Shown here: positions 30,386 to 40,235 of the stretch, one piece after another
Layout: each line of letters opens with the position of its first letter
Position numbering within the stretch: position 1 is the first letter of the stretch
DNA from: an uncultured Acholeplasmataceae bacterium
Lineage (GTDB): Bacteria; Bacillota_I; Bacilli_A; Acholeplasmatales; Acholeplasmataceae
Reading direction: 5' to 3'
DNA length: 51,019 nt
Assembly: GCA_963541405.1 (NCBI GenBank)
Contig: CAUTSX010000001.1
Location: 1 to 51,019, forward strand
Made by a program: the position numbers and the translations under genes
The notes under the pieces: generated by a model
Seen by the model: only the letters and a program-made list of their open reading frames with translations
What the model was told of the DNA's origin: nothing
Databases searched by the model: none

Positions 30386-31126
30386 ATGGGAATTTTTAAA
30401 AAAATCACATTAGCACTTGTATTAGTGTTATCAGTTGGATTTATGTTTGCGTGCAAAACCACTCCAAAACCAAATCCTGCTCCAGATCCTACACCAACAC
30501 CGCAACCAGCACCTCAAGATGATTACAAAAAAATGAGTATCAGAGAGGCTGCAGAGAAACCAAAAGGCACAAAGATTCATGTTGAAGGATACTACGTGAA
30601 TGTTGGTGGCTACAACAAAATCATTGACGGCGATGGAAATGCTTTAAACTTAACTTTTATCTACGCAAAAGGTATTAAAACTGGCGATAAAGTAAGTATG
30701 AAGGCGGTAGTTGACGAAAGTCAATACGGCAAAGAAATTGCAAAAACCCCTAAGCCTGTGTTTACTAAATTAAACGACACTTTTAGTGCGGTAGATATTT
30801 CTAACCGCCCTGCTAGCGAGGTTAACGCACACGAAAACAAAATCGTCAAATTTGATGCTCAAATCAAAGAATATAAAGAAGAAACAAAAACAAATAAAGG
30901 CAAAGAATACGCATATATAACTGTGAGAGTTTCAATCGGTGATACTGAGTATGAAATCAAATACGACGGAAGATCTGAAGCAAAATCAAAAAAGAAACTA
31001 ATTTATAACGAACTTAAAAAACTTGAAGGTAAAAAAGATATCAACAAAACCTTTGAAGGCTTATTTTTAGTAAAAGTTAAAGGTCAGTTAAGATTCACAC
31101 CAACTACAAGTTTTAAAATTTTTTAA
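30386..31126 (+). CDS. Lipoprotein with a Pro-rich linker and possible OB-fold-like domains
   Basis: Signal plus lipobox (SVGFMFAC), PKPNPAPDPTPTPQPAPQ linker, AAGGAG RBS before the ATG at 30386. Confidence 0.6.
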   Translation: MGIFKKITLALVLVLSVGFMFACKTTPKPNPAPDPTPTPQPAPQDDYKKMSIREAAEKPKGTKIHVEGYYVNVGGYNKIIDGDGNALNLTFIYAKGIKTGDKVSMKAVVDESQYGKEIAKTPKPVFTKLNDTFSAVDISNRPASEVNAHENKIVKFDAQIKEYKEETKTNKGKEYAYITVRVSIGDTEYEIKYDGRSEAKSKKKLIYNELKKLEGKKDINKTFEGLFLVKVKGQLRFTPTTSFKIF

Positions 31127-31137
31127 CTAACATAGGT

Positions 31138-31166
31138 AAAACGGGCCCAAGTTTGGTCCCGTTTTT
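31138..31166 (+). terminator. Rho-independent terminator
   Basis: aaaacgggcc-caagttt-ggtcccgttttt. Confidence 0.7.
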
Positions 31167-31177
31167 AATTTCTTAAA

Positions 31178-31191
31178 TGTAAGCGTTTACA
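31178..31191. promoter_or_regulatory. LacI/CcpA-type palindromic operator (cre-like) TGTAAGCGTTTACA
   Basis: With the preceding A it satisfies every specified position of the cre consensus WTGNAANCGNWNNCW. It lies about 17 nt upstream of a tataat -10 element (31209-31214) and 66 nt upstream of the ATG at 31257. Confidence 0.6.
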
Positions 31192-31256
31192 TTTTTAAGA
31201 TTTTGTAGTATAATTTTTATGTATTTGAAAGACGTTTAGTCTTTAAAGGAGTATAT

Positions 31257-33230
31257 ATGAAAGCACTTAAAACTAGTTTCTTTTTCATCTTAGCAACGCT
31301 AATCATTGGTTTTACTTTTGCATGTAAAAAAGCAGATCCACACAAAATTATTAAAGGTGTTGAATTGCAATTTGCTCAAGGTGAAACCAAGGACACTGTA
31401 AAGTCTGATTTTACAGTTCCAACCAAGATTGATAAATTTAAAATCCAATGGCAATCTTCAAATGACAAGGTTGTGCAAATTGATGAAGATGGAAAAGTTT
31501 TAGTTGCTCGTCAAGATAAAGACGAAGTTGTATCTATTACAGCGCAAATTGAAGACGCTAAAAAAACATTTACAATTACTGTTCTTAAAAAAGACGAAAG
31601 TCAGCCAAATCCTTCAAACAAAGTAGATAAAGCAGAGTTTGACAAAATAATTGCAGACGGCGAAAAATTAGCAGCACTAGATTTTATCAACAAAGCGCCT
31701 GAAATGGTTGAAAAAGACAAAGAGTATGTTCGTGCATCTACTAAAAAAGATAAATTTATTGAACGTTTGAATGGACTAAAATCTGCTGACCCTCAAAACC
31801 TATCTAAAAATGAACTTAAAGAATATAAAATTCTTAAAGAGCAAGTCACTCAACTTTTAGGAAAAATCACTAAAGGTACTCGTCAAGAAGGTTACATCAG
31901 CAACAGCGAAGCACAAAAAGTGTTAACATACGCAAAAAGTTTGCTTGCTATGACTTGGTCTGAAAAAGACGCAAGTGAGTTTGACGAAGGAACCAAATAC
32001 ATCAAAGCTGCAGATTCAAAAAAACAAGAATTAAACACACTTTACCAAACAGTTTCTAAATACACTTTTGACCGTGTACCTACAAATGAAGAAAAAGCAA
32101 AATACGAAGAGTTAAAAAATAAACTTGATGAAGTTAAAAAACTAGTAACAGATGGAACTAAAAAACTAGAAGATGGTAAAAACATTACACAAGATGTCAA
32201 CATTACTGTTCTAAACGCCATCCAACTTACTCAACTTGAATGGATTAGTCGTATTCCTAGCGAAGTTAAAAAAGACAAACAATATGTTCATGCATCTCAA
32301 AAACAATTAAATGAACTTAAGGCTCAAATTGAAGATATTCAAGAAAAACTAAACGAACATAAATTTGATATGGCAAGCAAGGAACTGCAAGCTGAGTTTA
32401 ACAATTTTAAAGCACTTGTCCAAAAATATAAAAATTTAGTTAAAACTGGTGAACAAAACTCGTTAAAATACAAAGCTGAAAGAGTTTTAGATAAAGCAAA
32501 AGAAATTAAAGATCTACCTTTTGAAAACAAAGAACCAGAGCAAGTTTCCGGCAAATACGTCAAAGCAGACCAAGCTAAAAGAACTGAGTTTAACGATGCT
32601 TACAATCCAGTTGCAAAAGTAAAACTGGAAAAATGGGAAGAAGGCTACACTAAACAACAGGCTGAACAACTTGAGGCTCTTAAAAAACTTGTTGAAGAAT
32701 TAGTGAAATTAATTACCCAAGGTACAAAACCAGAAGATCCAAGCAGCATGAAACTGGCTAAACACTACGATTTTACTAAATCACCAGCAGGTAGTGGTTA
32801 TAAGGTGCGAACTCAAAAAGTTAAAAACCAAATAACTGGCGCTGATGATATACTTAAATTTAAAGGCGTTAGTGCTTCTTCTGGAAAAACTGGATTTACA
32901 GTGGCAAAAAACGATAATGACACCTTCAGTTATATTGAAATAGAATTAGGCAAAACAGCTTCTAAATCCAAAATTGAGTTTTTTATGGAGAAATGGACTA
33001 ATAAATCAAATACCAATAAATTCCAAAAATTAGAAATTCAATATAGAGTCAACGGCGAGTGGAAAACTGCTAATGAAATCACTGATATTAATGAATTTGA
33101 TGGAAAAACATATTCGCTTGAAATTGGTGAATCAACAGACGCTCTTCGTTTAAAACTTTCTGCCACAGAAAAACCTAAAGATAATTCTCACCACCGTTTT
33201 AATATTAAAGAAATTAAAGTTTATTACTAA
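31257..33230 (+). CDS. Large surface lipoprotein: Ig-like N-domain, four ~90-aa helical repeats, beta-rich C-domain
   Basis: Lipobox IGFTFAC. BIG-like segment (FKIQWQSSNDKVVQIDEDGKVLV). Repeats each end in ...TxGT(K/R). AAAGGAG RBS. Confidence 0.65.
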   Translation: MKALKTSFFFILATLIIGFTFACKKADPHKIIKGVELQFAQGETKDTVKSDFTVPTKIDKFKIQWQSSNDKVVQIDEDGKVLVARQDKDEVVSITAQIEDAKKTFTITVLKKDESQPNPSNKVDKAEFDKIIADGEKLAALDFINKAPEMVEKDKEYVRASTKKDKFIERLNGLKSADPQNLSKNELKEYKILKEQVTQLLGKITKGTRQEGYISNSEAQKVLTYAKSLLAMTWSEKDASEFDEGTKYIKAADSKKQELNTLYQTVSKYTFDRVPTNEEKAKYEELKNKLDEVKKLVTDGTKKLEDGKNITQDVNITVLNAIQLTQLEWISRIPSEVKKDKQYVHASQKQLNELKAQIEDIQEKLNEHKFDMASKELQAEFNNFKALVQKYKNLVKTGEQNSLKYKAERVLDKAKEIKDLPFENKEPEQVSGKYVKADQAKRTEFNDAYNPVAKVKLEKWEEGYTKQQAEQLEALKKLVEELVKLITQGTKPEDPSSMKLAKHYDFTKSPAGSGYKVRTQKVKNQITGADDILKFKGVSASSGKTGFTVAKNDNDTFSYIEIELGKTASKSKIEFFMEKWTNKSNTNKFQKLEIQYRVNGEWKTANEITDINEFDGKTYSLEIGESTDALRLKLSATEKPKDNSHHRFNIKEIKVYY

Positions 33231-33250
33231 TATAAAATTGTTTTCACAAA

Positions 33251-33278
33251 ATAACCCGATGTTTACGCATCGGGTTAT
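33251..33278 (+). terminator. Rho-independent terminator
   Basis: ataacccgatg-tttacg-catcgggttat. Confidence 0.65.
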
Positions 33279-33319
33279 ACTTTCATATAAAACCTAAATA
33301 TCTTACAAAGGAACAACTT

Positions 33320-34315
33320 ATGTCTAAAAAACACACAATCTACGACATTGCTAAAAAAGCCAACGTATCTATTGCGACGGTTTCCAGAGTTTTAGCTAAA
33401 TCAAGCAAGGTTAGTCCAAAAACCCACGAAAAAGTCTGGAAGATTATTAAAGAAATGCAATATTTCCCAAACAGAGTAGCGGCTTCTTTGGCATCGCAAA
33501 ACTCGCGTAATATCGCCCTAATTTTATCTGAAGTTTCTAGACCTTCAATTTCTAGGTTAATTTCTGGAATTTTGGATGCTGCAGCTAACCAAAAATACAC
33601 AATCCGTATTTTTTCATATAAGTCTAAAAATAACTATGAGGCTTTTATTTTATCAGTTTTAGCCGAAAAAATTGATGGAATTATTTTTTTAGATGAACAC
33701 ATCACAAACAAACAAATAGAAGCATTTACCAAGCCTTTGTTAAATGCTAATTTTCCGTTTACCTTTATTAACACCGCAGTTAAGTTGCCAGGCGTAACTT
33801 TTACAGCACTAGACTTTAAAAATGCTGTTGTAACTGCAACTACACACTTAATTGAAAAAAACATGAAAAGAATTTTATTTTTAACTTCTAAAATCACTTA
33901 CTTTTCTAATTTAGAAAAAGAAAGCGGATATTTAGAAACTATTGAAGCAAGTAGCTTAAAATCATATATTTTTAGAATGGATCCAGAAGAAATTGATGAA
34001 CATGAGTTTTTGTCATTTTTTGAAGAAAACAAAATTGAAGCAATTGTTGCAACCAGAGACATTACTGCACTTAAAGCCATTAACTTACTTAGACAAAAAA
34101 ACTTAAAATGTGGTACTGACTACCGAGTTGTTTGCATGCAAAACACCAACTTTTGCAAACTTTTCACTCCTCAACTAACTTCGATTTCTTATTCTAATTA
34201 CCGTTTAGGTGAACAAGCCTTAATTTACTTAACTCAGTTAATTGAAAATGTTAAAATAGATAAGACACAAACTTTCGTAGAATATGAATTGATTGAAAGA
34301 GAAAGTAGTAGGTAA
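33320..34315 (+). CDS. LacI-family transcriptional regulator (CcpA-like)
   Basis: N-terminal HTH TIYDIAKKANVSIATVSRVL and a periplasmic-binding-protein-like core, 331 aa. Confidence 0.85.
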   Translation: MSKKHTIYDIAKKANVSIATVSRVLAKSSKVSPKTHEKVWKIIKEMQYFPNRVAASLASQNSRNIALILSEVSRPSISRLISGILDAAANQKYTIRIFSYKSKNNYEAFILSVLAEKIDGIIFLDEHITNKQIEAFTKPLLNANFPFTFINTAVKLPGVTFTALDFKNAVVTATTHLIEKNMKRILFLTSKITYFSNLEKESGYLETIEASSLKSYIFRMDPEEIDEHEFLSFFEENKIEAIVATRDITALKAINLLRQKNLKCGTDYRVVCMQNTNFCKLFTPQLTSISYSNYRLGEQALIYLTQLIENVKIDKTQTFVEYELIERESSR

Positions 34316-34318
34316 TTT

Positions 34319-35554
34319 ATGAATTTGCTTGAAGAACTTAAATGGAGGGGGATGGTCAAAGACTACTCTTCTTTAGAACTTGCTGAAAAAAACTTAGTGC
34401 CTGGCACTAAGTTCTATATTGGTTTTGACCCAACCGGAAGTTCCTTAACTTGTGGCCATTTAGTCCAAATTATTAGAATCAAATTGCTTGAAGAAAGAGG
34501 ATTGATCCCAATTTGTTTAATTGGCGGGACAACTGGGGCAATTGGCGACCCTAAACCAAACGGTGAGCGCCATATTCTTTCCAACGAAGAAGTTAAAAAG
34601 AATGTTGATGCAATTGAAAAACAAGTTAAAAAAATCTTAAAATCAGACAAGGTGATTTTTGTAAATAACTCAACTTGGTTATCTAAACTTTCCATTATTG
34701 AGTTTTTAAGAGATTTTGGCAAAAACTTCGGAATTAACTATATGCTTGAAAAAGACGTTATTAAAAGACGTCTGGAAACCGGAATTTCCTACACCGAGTT
34801 TTCATATCTACTTCTGCAGTCTATTGACTTTCACTATCTTTATAAAAACTACGACTGCAAAATACAGTTTGGAGGCTCTGAACAATGGGGAAACATCACC
34901 GCTGGCCTTGAACTTATTCGCAAACTAGAAGGCGAAAACGACGCGCTTGGTCTGTCTTCGCCCCTGCTTTTAAAAACAGACGGTACTAAGTTTGGGAAAT
35001 CTGAAAGTGGAGCACTTTGGTTAGATGAAAACCTAACTTCACCATACACTTTGTATCAATACTTTTTAAACGTTGAAGATAAAATGATAGTTGAGTATTT
35101 AAAACTACTTACCCTGCTTTCTGTAAAAGAAATTGAAGAACTCGCACTTTCTGTTAAACAAAAACCTGAAAAAAGACTTGCGCAAACCAAACTTGCCGAA
35201 TTTGTTTGTGAATTTGTACATGGTAAAGCAGCACTTATTTCTGCTAAAAAAATTACAGACGCTTTATTTAAAGGAGCACTTGCGGATCTTGGCGAAGACG
35301 AATATAAGATGCTTTACGCTGCGTTTGGCAAACAAAAGTTTGAAAAAGACTCAAGTATTTTAGATATTTTAGTTTCACTTAACTTAGCAAAATCTAAACG
35401 TGAGGCTCGTGAGTTTATGCAAGCGGGTTCAATTTCTGTAAACTCAGAGAAAATTACCAACTTTGAACTTAAATTAAGTGATTTGAGACCTGCTTTTAAA
35501 AAATATTTTGTGATTAAACGTGGCAAAAAACAATTTAGTACTTTTGCAATTTAA
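34319..35554 (+). CDS. tyrS: Tyrosyl-tRNA synthetase
   Basis: GFDPTGSSLTCGHL (HIGH variant), KFGKSESG (KMSKS variant), C-terminal S4-like domain. Confidence 0.95.
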   Translation: MNLLEELKWRGMVKDYSSLELAEKNLVPGTKFYIGFDPTGSSLTCGHLVQIIRIKLLEERGLIPICLIGGTTGAIGDPKPNGERHILSNEEVKKNVDAIEKQVKKILKSDKVIFVNNSTWLSKLSIIEFLRDFGKNFGINYMLEKDVIKRRLETGISYTEFSYLLLQSIDFHYLYKNYDCKIQFGGSEQWGNITAGLELIRKLEGENDALGLSSPLLLKTDGTKFGKSESGALWLDENLTSPYTLYQYFLNVEDKMIVEYLKLLTLLSVKEIEELALSVKQKPEKRLAQTKLAEFVCEFVHGKAALISAKKITDALFKGALADLGEDEYKMLYAAFGKQKFEKDSSILDILVSLNLAKSKREAREFMQAGSISVNSEKITNFELKLSDLRPAFKKYFVIKRGKKQFSTFAI

Positions 35555-35565
35555 TTAACTTTTAG

Positions 35566-36408
35566 ATGTATAGAATTATTTACAATCCACTTTCTAAAAA
35601 CTACAAAAAAGCACATAAGTTTTATTTAGAAAATCAAGATAACGCTACTTTAAACTCAATACTCGCACTTTCCGATATTGAAAAGTATTTCAAGTCTTTT
35701 TCCAAAAGAGACGTTATTTTGATATTTGGCGGAGATGGTACTTTAAATAAAATTGTAAACTCTGTTAACTTAACTCAGGTTAAAGCCACTGTGTTAGTTG
35801 CACGTGGTGGAACCGGCAACGATTTTCTTCGTGGTTTTAAAGACAAAACCAAGGCAGTTGATTTTAAGGCCAATTTAAAGTATTGTGGGCAAGCCAAGAT
35901 AGGAAATGAAACCTTCTTGTTTTTAAACGGTGTTGGAATTGGTATAGATGGAGAAATTTGCAGACGTCTCGATAACATGCGAGCATATAAAATCAAAAGC
36001 ACTTTTGCCAAAGTCACCATTGCTACTTTTTTTAGATATAAACCATTTTCAGCAAAAGTATTGGTAGACGGTGTGGCTAGTGAACACCAAAATTGTTTCC
36101 TTGCTTCTGTAATGCACGGCCCTTATTTTGGTGGCGGCATGAAAATTGCTCCAATGGCCAAAAGAGAAGATTTTCTTTATTTAATTTTAGTAGCAATCCG
36201 TTCAAGATTACTTTTGCTGCTATTATTTCCGTTTATTTATTTAGGTTGGCACACAGTATTTAAAAGATTTGTTAAAATTTTTAAAGGCAAAGAAATCACA
36301 ATAGAAACCGAAAATACCAAAACTGTACAAGTTGACGGTGAAGTTTTTAGAGGTGTTTCTAAAATAGAGACAAAAGTTGTCAAAGGATATTCATATGGAC
36401 AAAAATAG
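35566..36408 (+). CDS. Diacylglycerol/lipid kinase family protein (DAGK_cat)
   Basis: ILIFGGDGTLNKIV and ARGGTGNDF motifs. Confidence 0.8.
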   Translation: MYRIIYNPLSKNYKKAHKFYLENQDNATLNSILALSDIEKYFKSFSKRDVILIFGGDGTLNKIVNSVNLTQVKATVLVARGGTGNDFLRGFKDKTKAVDFKANLKYCGQAKIGNETFLFLNGVGIGIDGEICRRLDNMRAYKIKSTFAKVTIATFFRYKPFSAKVLVDGVASEHQNCFLASVMHGPYFGGGMKIAPMAKREDFLYLILVAIRSRLLLLLLFPFIYLGWHTVFKRFVKIFKGKEITIETENTKTVQVDGEVFRGVSKIETKVVKGYSYGQK

Positions 36409-37399
36409 AAAAATTATATTAACCGCAATCAAACCAACCGGAAGCCTAACTCTTGGCAATTATTTAGGCGCTTTAAAAAACCTAAAAGCGGTTGTTGAAG
36501 CGAATCCAGACTCAGAACTTTTGATTTTTATTGCAGACCTACACGCGACTACTTTGCCAATTGACCCAAAAGAGCTTAGAGAAAATATTTTAAGAATTGC
36601 AGCGTGTTACTCTGCACTAGGATTTGACAAAAAACGTACTCATATTTTTGTGCAATCTGAAATTAATGAACACGCAGCACTTGGATTTTTAATGGAGTCC
36701 ACTGCTTATTTTGGTGAGCTTAGCAGAATGATTCAATTTAAAGAAAAATCTGCTAACTCTAAGAATATTAGAAGTTCATTGTTTACCTATCCTGCTCTAA
36801 TGGCAGCAGACATTCTACTTTACAACGCAGACATTGTGCCAATTGGTGAAGACCAGAAACAACACATGGAGTTAACCGAGACTCTTGCTCATCGTTTTAA
36901 TAAACTCTATGGCGAAACCTTTAAAATACCTAAATATGAAATCAATAAACACACACGCCGTATAATGTCCTTACAAGACCCTTTCGCAAAAATGTCTAAG
37001 AGTTCTGAAAACCCTAAATCCTACATTTTACTTTCAGATCCAAAAGAAGTTATTATCAAAAAAATTAAGTCTGCTGTAACTGATTCAGAAGCGAAAATAT
37101 ACTTTGATTTAGATAAAAAACCGGCGATTTCTAATTTATTAAACATTTATGCAGGAGTTACTGGTATATCTGTTAAAGATATTGAAAACAAATATAAAGA
37201 CTCTTTAAATTATGCCCAATTTAAATTGGATTTGGCCGATGTTTTAGTCCAGGAAATCGTTCCGTTGGGCGAAAAAATAGAAAAACTAGTTAACTCAAAA
37301 GAGTTAATTGAAACATTAGAAAGCGGCAAAAAATTTGCTGAAAAACTTGCAAAAGAAAACTACGCTAAGGTTAAAAAAGCAGTTGGTTTAGGATATTAA
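36395..37399 (+). CDS. trpS: Tryptophanyl-tRNA synthetase
   Basis: TGSLTLGNYLGAL, GEDQKQH and KMSKS. ATG at 36395 with an AAGGA RBS. The track start at 36377 is TTG. Confidence 0.94.
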   Translation: MDKNRKIILTAIKPTGSLTLGNYLGALKNLKAVVEANPDSELLIFIADLHATTLPIDPKELRENILRIAACYSALGFDKKRTHIFVQSEINEHAALGFLMESTAYFGELSRMIQFKEKSANSKNIRSSLFTYPALMAADILLYNADIVPIGEDQKQHMELTETLAHRFNKLYGETFKIPKYEINKHTRRIMSLQDPFAKMSKSSENPKSYILLSDPKEVIIKKIKSAVTDSEAKIYFDLDKKPAISNLLNIYAGVTGISVKDIENKYKDSLNYAQFKLDLADVLVQEIVPLGEKIEKLVNSKELIETLESGKKFAEKLAKENYAKVKKAVGLGY

Positions 37400-37402
37400 A
37401 AA

Positions 37403-37421
37403 AGAGACACATTGTGTCTCT
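37403..37421. terminator. Bidirectional terminator between convergent trpS and ispG
   Basis: agagacac-att-gtgtctct flanked by A and T runs. Confidence 0.7.
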
Positions 37422-37436
37422 TTTTTTATCCGCTCA

Positions 37437-38480
37437 CTAAAAATCATTTTTAATAATTTCTGTAAGTTCTAAATAAGCGTCTTCTGGTTTTATTTTTTTA
37501 AAGACTTTGCCTTTCTTAAAAATTAAAACATTATCTTTGTTTCCACATATCCCGATATCTGAATCCCTTGCTTCACCGGGACCATTAACAGTACAACCCA
37601 TAACAGCAACTTTTATCTTTTTATTTAAAGTATCGCAAAAACTTTCAACTCGTTTAGCAATATCTTCCATATTGTATTCTAAACGTCCACATGTCGGGCA
37701 ACTAACAAAGTCAACACCGTCTTTTTTTAGTCCTAAACACTTCAGAATTTCTTTTGCAACTTTAATTTCTAAAACTGGATTTTCTGTTAAAGACACACGT
37801 ATAGTGTTGCCAATTCCTTTCAGTAAAAGCACAGAAAGCGCAGAACTACTTTTAACAGTGCCACCGATTAGTGTACCTGCTTCAGTAACTCCGATGTGCA
37901 GCGGATATTTAAATGTTTTTGCAGCAAGTTCATAACACTCAATAGTAGTTAAAACAGAAGTCGCTTTCAAAGAAAGGCAAATATCGGTAAAACCAAATTC
38001 TTCAAGCATTTCGACTTCTTTTTTCATTACTTTAATAAAGTTTTCAGCAGTTGCAGGTAAAGCATTTGGCAAGGAACCTGAGTTTAGTCCAATTCTAATA
38101 CCAATTTCTTTTGCTTTACAAGCATCAACAATTTTTTTGATGTGGTTTTTATTTACGATGTTACCAGGGTTAATTCTGATTTTATCAACACCATTTTCAA
38201 TTGCAATTAAAGCCAGACGATAGTCAAAATGAATATCTGCAACTAATGGAATATTGATTTGTTTCTTAATTTCTTTAATAGATTTTGCGTCTGCTTCATC
38301 TAAAACCGCTACTCTGATGATTTGGCAACCCGCCTGTTCTAATTCTTTTATCTGTTTGACAGTGCTTTCTACATCTTTAGTTTTAGTAGTGGTCATTGAC
38401 TGGATGTATATATTGTTATTTCCACCCATTAGCAAACTACCACATTTAAACTGAGTAGTTTTATTTCTTTTTGTAATCAT
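37437..38480 (-). CDS. ispG: 4-hydroxy-3-methylbut-2-enyl diphosphate synthase
   Basis: RVAVLDEADA..., INPGN and CPTCGR...GCTVNGPGE motifs. Confidence 0.93.
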   Translation of the reverse strand: MITKRNKTTQFKCGSLLMGGNNNIYIQSMTTTKTKDVESTVKQIKELEQAGCQIIRVAVLDEADAKSIKEIKKQINIPLVADIHFDYRLALIAIENGVDKIRINPGNIVNKNHIKKIVDACKAKEIGIRIGLNSGSLPNALPATAENFIKVMKKEVEMLEEFGFTDICLSLKATSVLTTIECYELAAKTFKYPLHIGVTEAGTLIGGTVKSSSALSVLLLKGIGNTIRVSLTENPVLEIKVAKEILKCLGLKKDGVDFVSCPTCGRLEYNMEDIAKRVESFCDTLNKKIKVAVMGCTVNGPGEARDSDIGICGNKDNVLIFKKGKVFKKIKPEDAYLELTEIIKNDF

Positions 38481-38611
38481 TTATTTTCTTTATGTAAGGT
38501 ATGTGAGTTGCATTTTGGGCAGTATTTTTTTATTTCAATTCTTTTATTGCCAACTGCAACTTGATAGTTTCTCTGAAGGCATTGACTACACATTAAATTT
38601 GTCTTTTTCAT
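38477..38611 (-). CDS. rpmG: 50S ribosomal protein L33 (Zn-ribbon form), 44 aa
   Basis: Own translation: MKKTNLMCSQCLQRNYQVAVGNKRIEIKKYCPKCNSHTLHKENK. The stop TGA overlaps the ispG ATG (ATGA). Below the ORF-track cut-off. Confidence 0.85.
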   Translation of the reverse strand: MKKTNLMCSQCLQRNYQVAVGNKRIEIKKYCPKCNSHTLHKENK

Positions 38612-38760
38612 TTATTACCTCACAACTATATTCACATAAAAAGGATAACACACTAGCATTAAATTAAAAAAAGCTTTTGCCCAATATTGACAAAGTTTCA
38701 ATTATTGACTAAAATAAGATGGTATCGTATTTTGGTCAATATTTATATAGGAGGCTGTGT

Positions 38761-39981
38761 ATGCTTTATATCAAAAGAGATATAGAAGAAAAAATTATTA
38801 GTATTAGTAAGCAATACGCTTGTTTATTGTTGACAGGTCCAAGACAAGTAGGAAAAACTACTATGTTAGAGAAACTTGATCTTGGGCGAAAAAAGGTTAC
38901 TCTTGACAATCTACAAGACAGGGAACTTGCTTTAAAAGACCCTGCTTTGTTTTTACAAATTTATAGCCCGCCTATTTTAATTGATGAAGTTCAATACGCA
39001 CCTATACTTTTTAGTTATATAAAAATCGCGATTGATAATGGTGCTAAACCTGGCAGTTTTTGGCTAACTGGGTCGCAATCTTTTGCACTAATGAACCTTG
39101 CACAAGAGTCCCTTGCAGGTAGAGTTGCCATACTAAAAATGACTGGATTGACACAAAATGAAGCGTTTAATAATACAAGATTAAACAAGTTCGAGTTGGA
39201 TTTTTCAAAACTTAATAACAAGTCTTTTTTACTTAAAAAAGCTGATATAAACGAAATATTTACGCGTATTTTCTTTGGCGGTTTGCCTGCAATCGTTAGT
39301 AAAAAAATAACAGACAGAAAAATATTTTTTGAAAGTTATATTGAGACTTATTTGTATAGAGATATAAAAGATGAAATCAGCATAAAAGATAATTTTAAAT
39401 TTAGAAATTTCATCAAAGCAGTGGCGTGTCGAGTCGGACAAGAGATAAATATCCACTCAGTTGCACAGGACGTAGATATTTCTGATGATACAGCAAAAAG
39501 ATGGCTATTCCTACTTGAAAAGTCGCAAATTATTTATTTGCTGCACCCATACTCAAACAAATTATTAAAAAGAACCATTAAAGCACCAAAACTTTATTTT
39601 TTTGACACTGGCGTAGTTTCTTATTTAACTAGTCACCATTCACCAGAAATTTTAAGAGATAGTTCTATAAGTGGCGCAATATTGGAAAACTATGTTATCA
39701 ATCAAATCCGGAGTTCATACTTTAATTTAGCAGAACCCTTTAATCTTTATTATTATCGTGATAAAGAACAAAAAGAAGTCGATTTGATTTTGGAATGTGA
39801 CAATTCTATGTACGCTATTGAAATTAAAAAAACTAGCCACCCTTACACACATATGTTAAAAGGTATTTTTCATCTTAGAAAACAAAAAATTGAAATTAAA
39901 AAAACTGCAATAATTTGTGTAAGCGATAAAGTTTCAATGCTAGACGAAAACACAATAATTGTTCCTATATGGTCTGTTTAA
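38761..39981 (+). CDS. COG1373 AAA+ ATPase (AAA_14 + DUF4143), fourth solitary paralog
   Basis: Walker A GPRQVGKTT and Walker B ILIDEVQ. C-terminus EVDLILECDNSMYAIEIKK. ATG at 38761 follows an AGGAGG RBS; the track start is 38719. Confidence 0.75.
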   Translation: MLYIKRDIEEKIISISKQYACLLLTGPRQVGKTTMLEKLDLGRKKVTLDNLQDRELALKDPALFLQIYSPPILIDEVQYAPILFSYIKIAIDNGAKPGSFWLTGSQSFALMNLAQESLAGRVAILKMTGLTQNEAFNNTRLNKFELDFSKLNNKSFLLKKADINEIFTRIFFGGLPAIVSKKITDRKIFFESYIETYLYRDIKDEISIKDNFKFRNFIKAVACRVGQEINIHSVAQDVDISDDTAKRWLFLLEKSQIIYLLHPYSNKLLKRTIKAPKLYFFDTGVVSYLTSHHSPEILRDSSISGAILENYVINQIRSSYFNLAEPFNLYYYRDKEQKEVDLILECDNSMYAIEIKKTSHPYTHMLKGIFHLRKQKIEIKKTAIICVSDKVSMLDENTIIVPIWSV

Positions 39982-40200
39982 GGATTCAGCAAACAAACTG
40001 TATTCAGCGAAATTCCTTATTTATTTTGGGCTTTTTAGTTTTTAAAGCGCTCGCTGTGTGTTTGTTTAAAAAAACAAGCAATAGTTAAAATAAATTCACT
40101 ACTGTTTGGCAATTTTTGTTTTTTAAAAAGTTAACACATTTAAAAAATTATTTTATCTACTTTGCTTGTATTTTCGTTTAACTAGGCTCTTTAGTAAAAT

Positions 40201-40235
40201 AAAAATGTTGATTAAATTTTAATCAACATTTTTTT
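40201..40235. terminator. Bidirectional hairpin terminator overlapping the ComK-like stop codon
   Basis: aaaaatgttgatta-aattt-taatcaacattttt. Confidence 0.6.
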
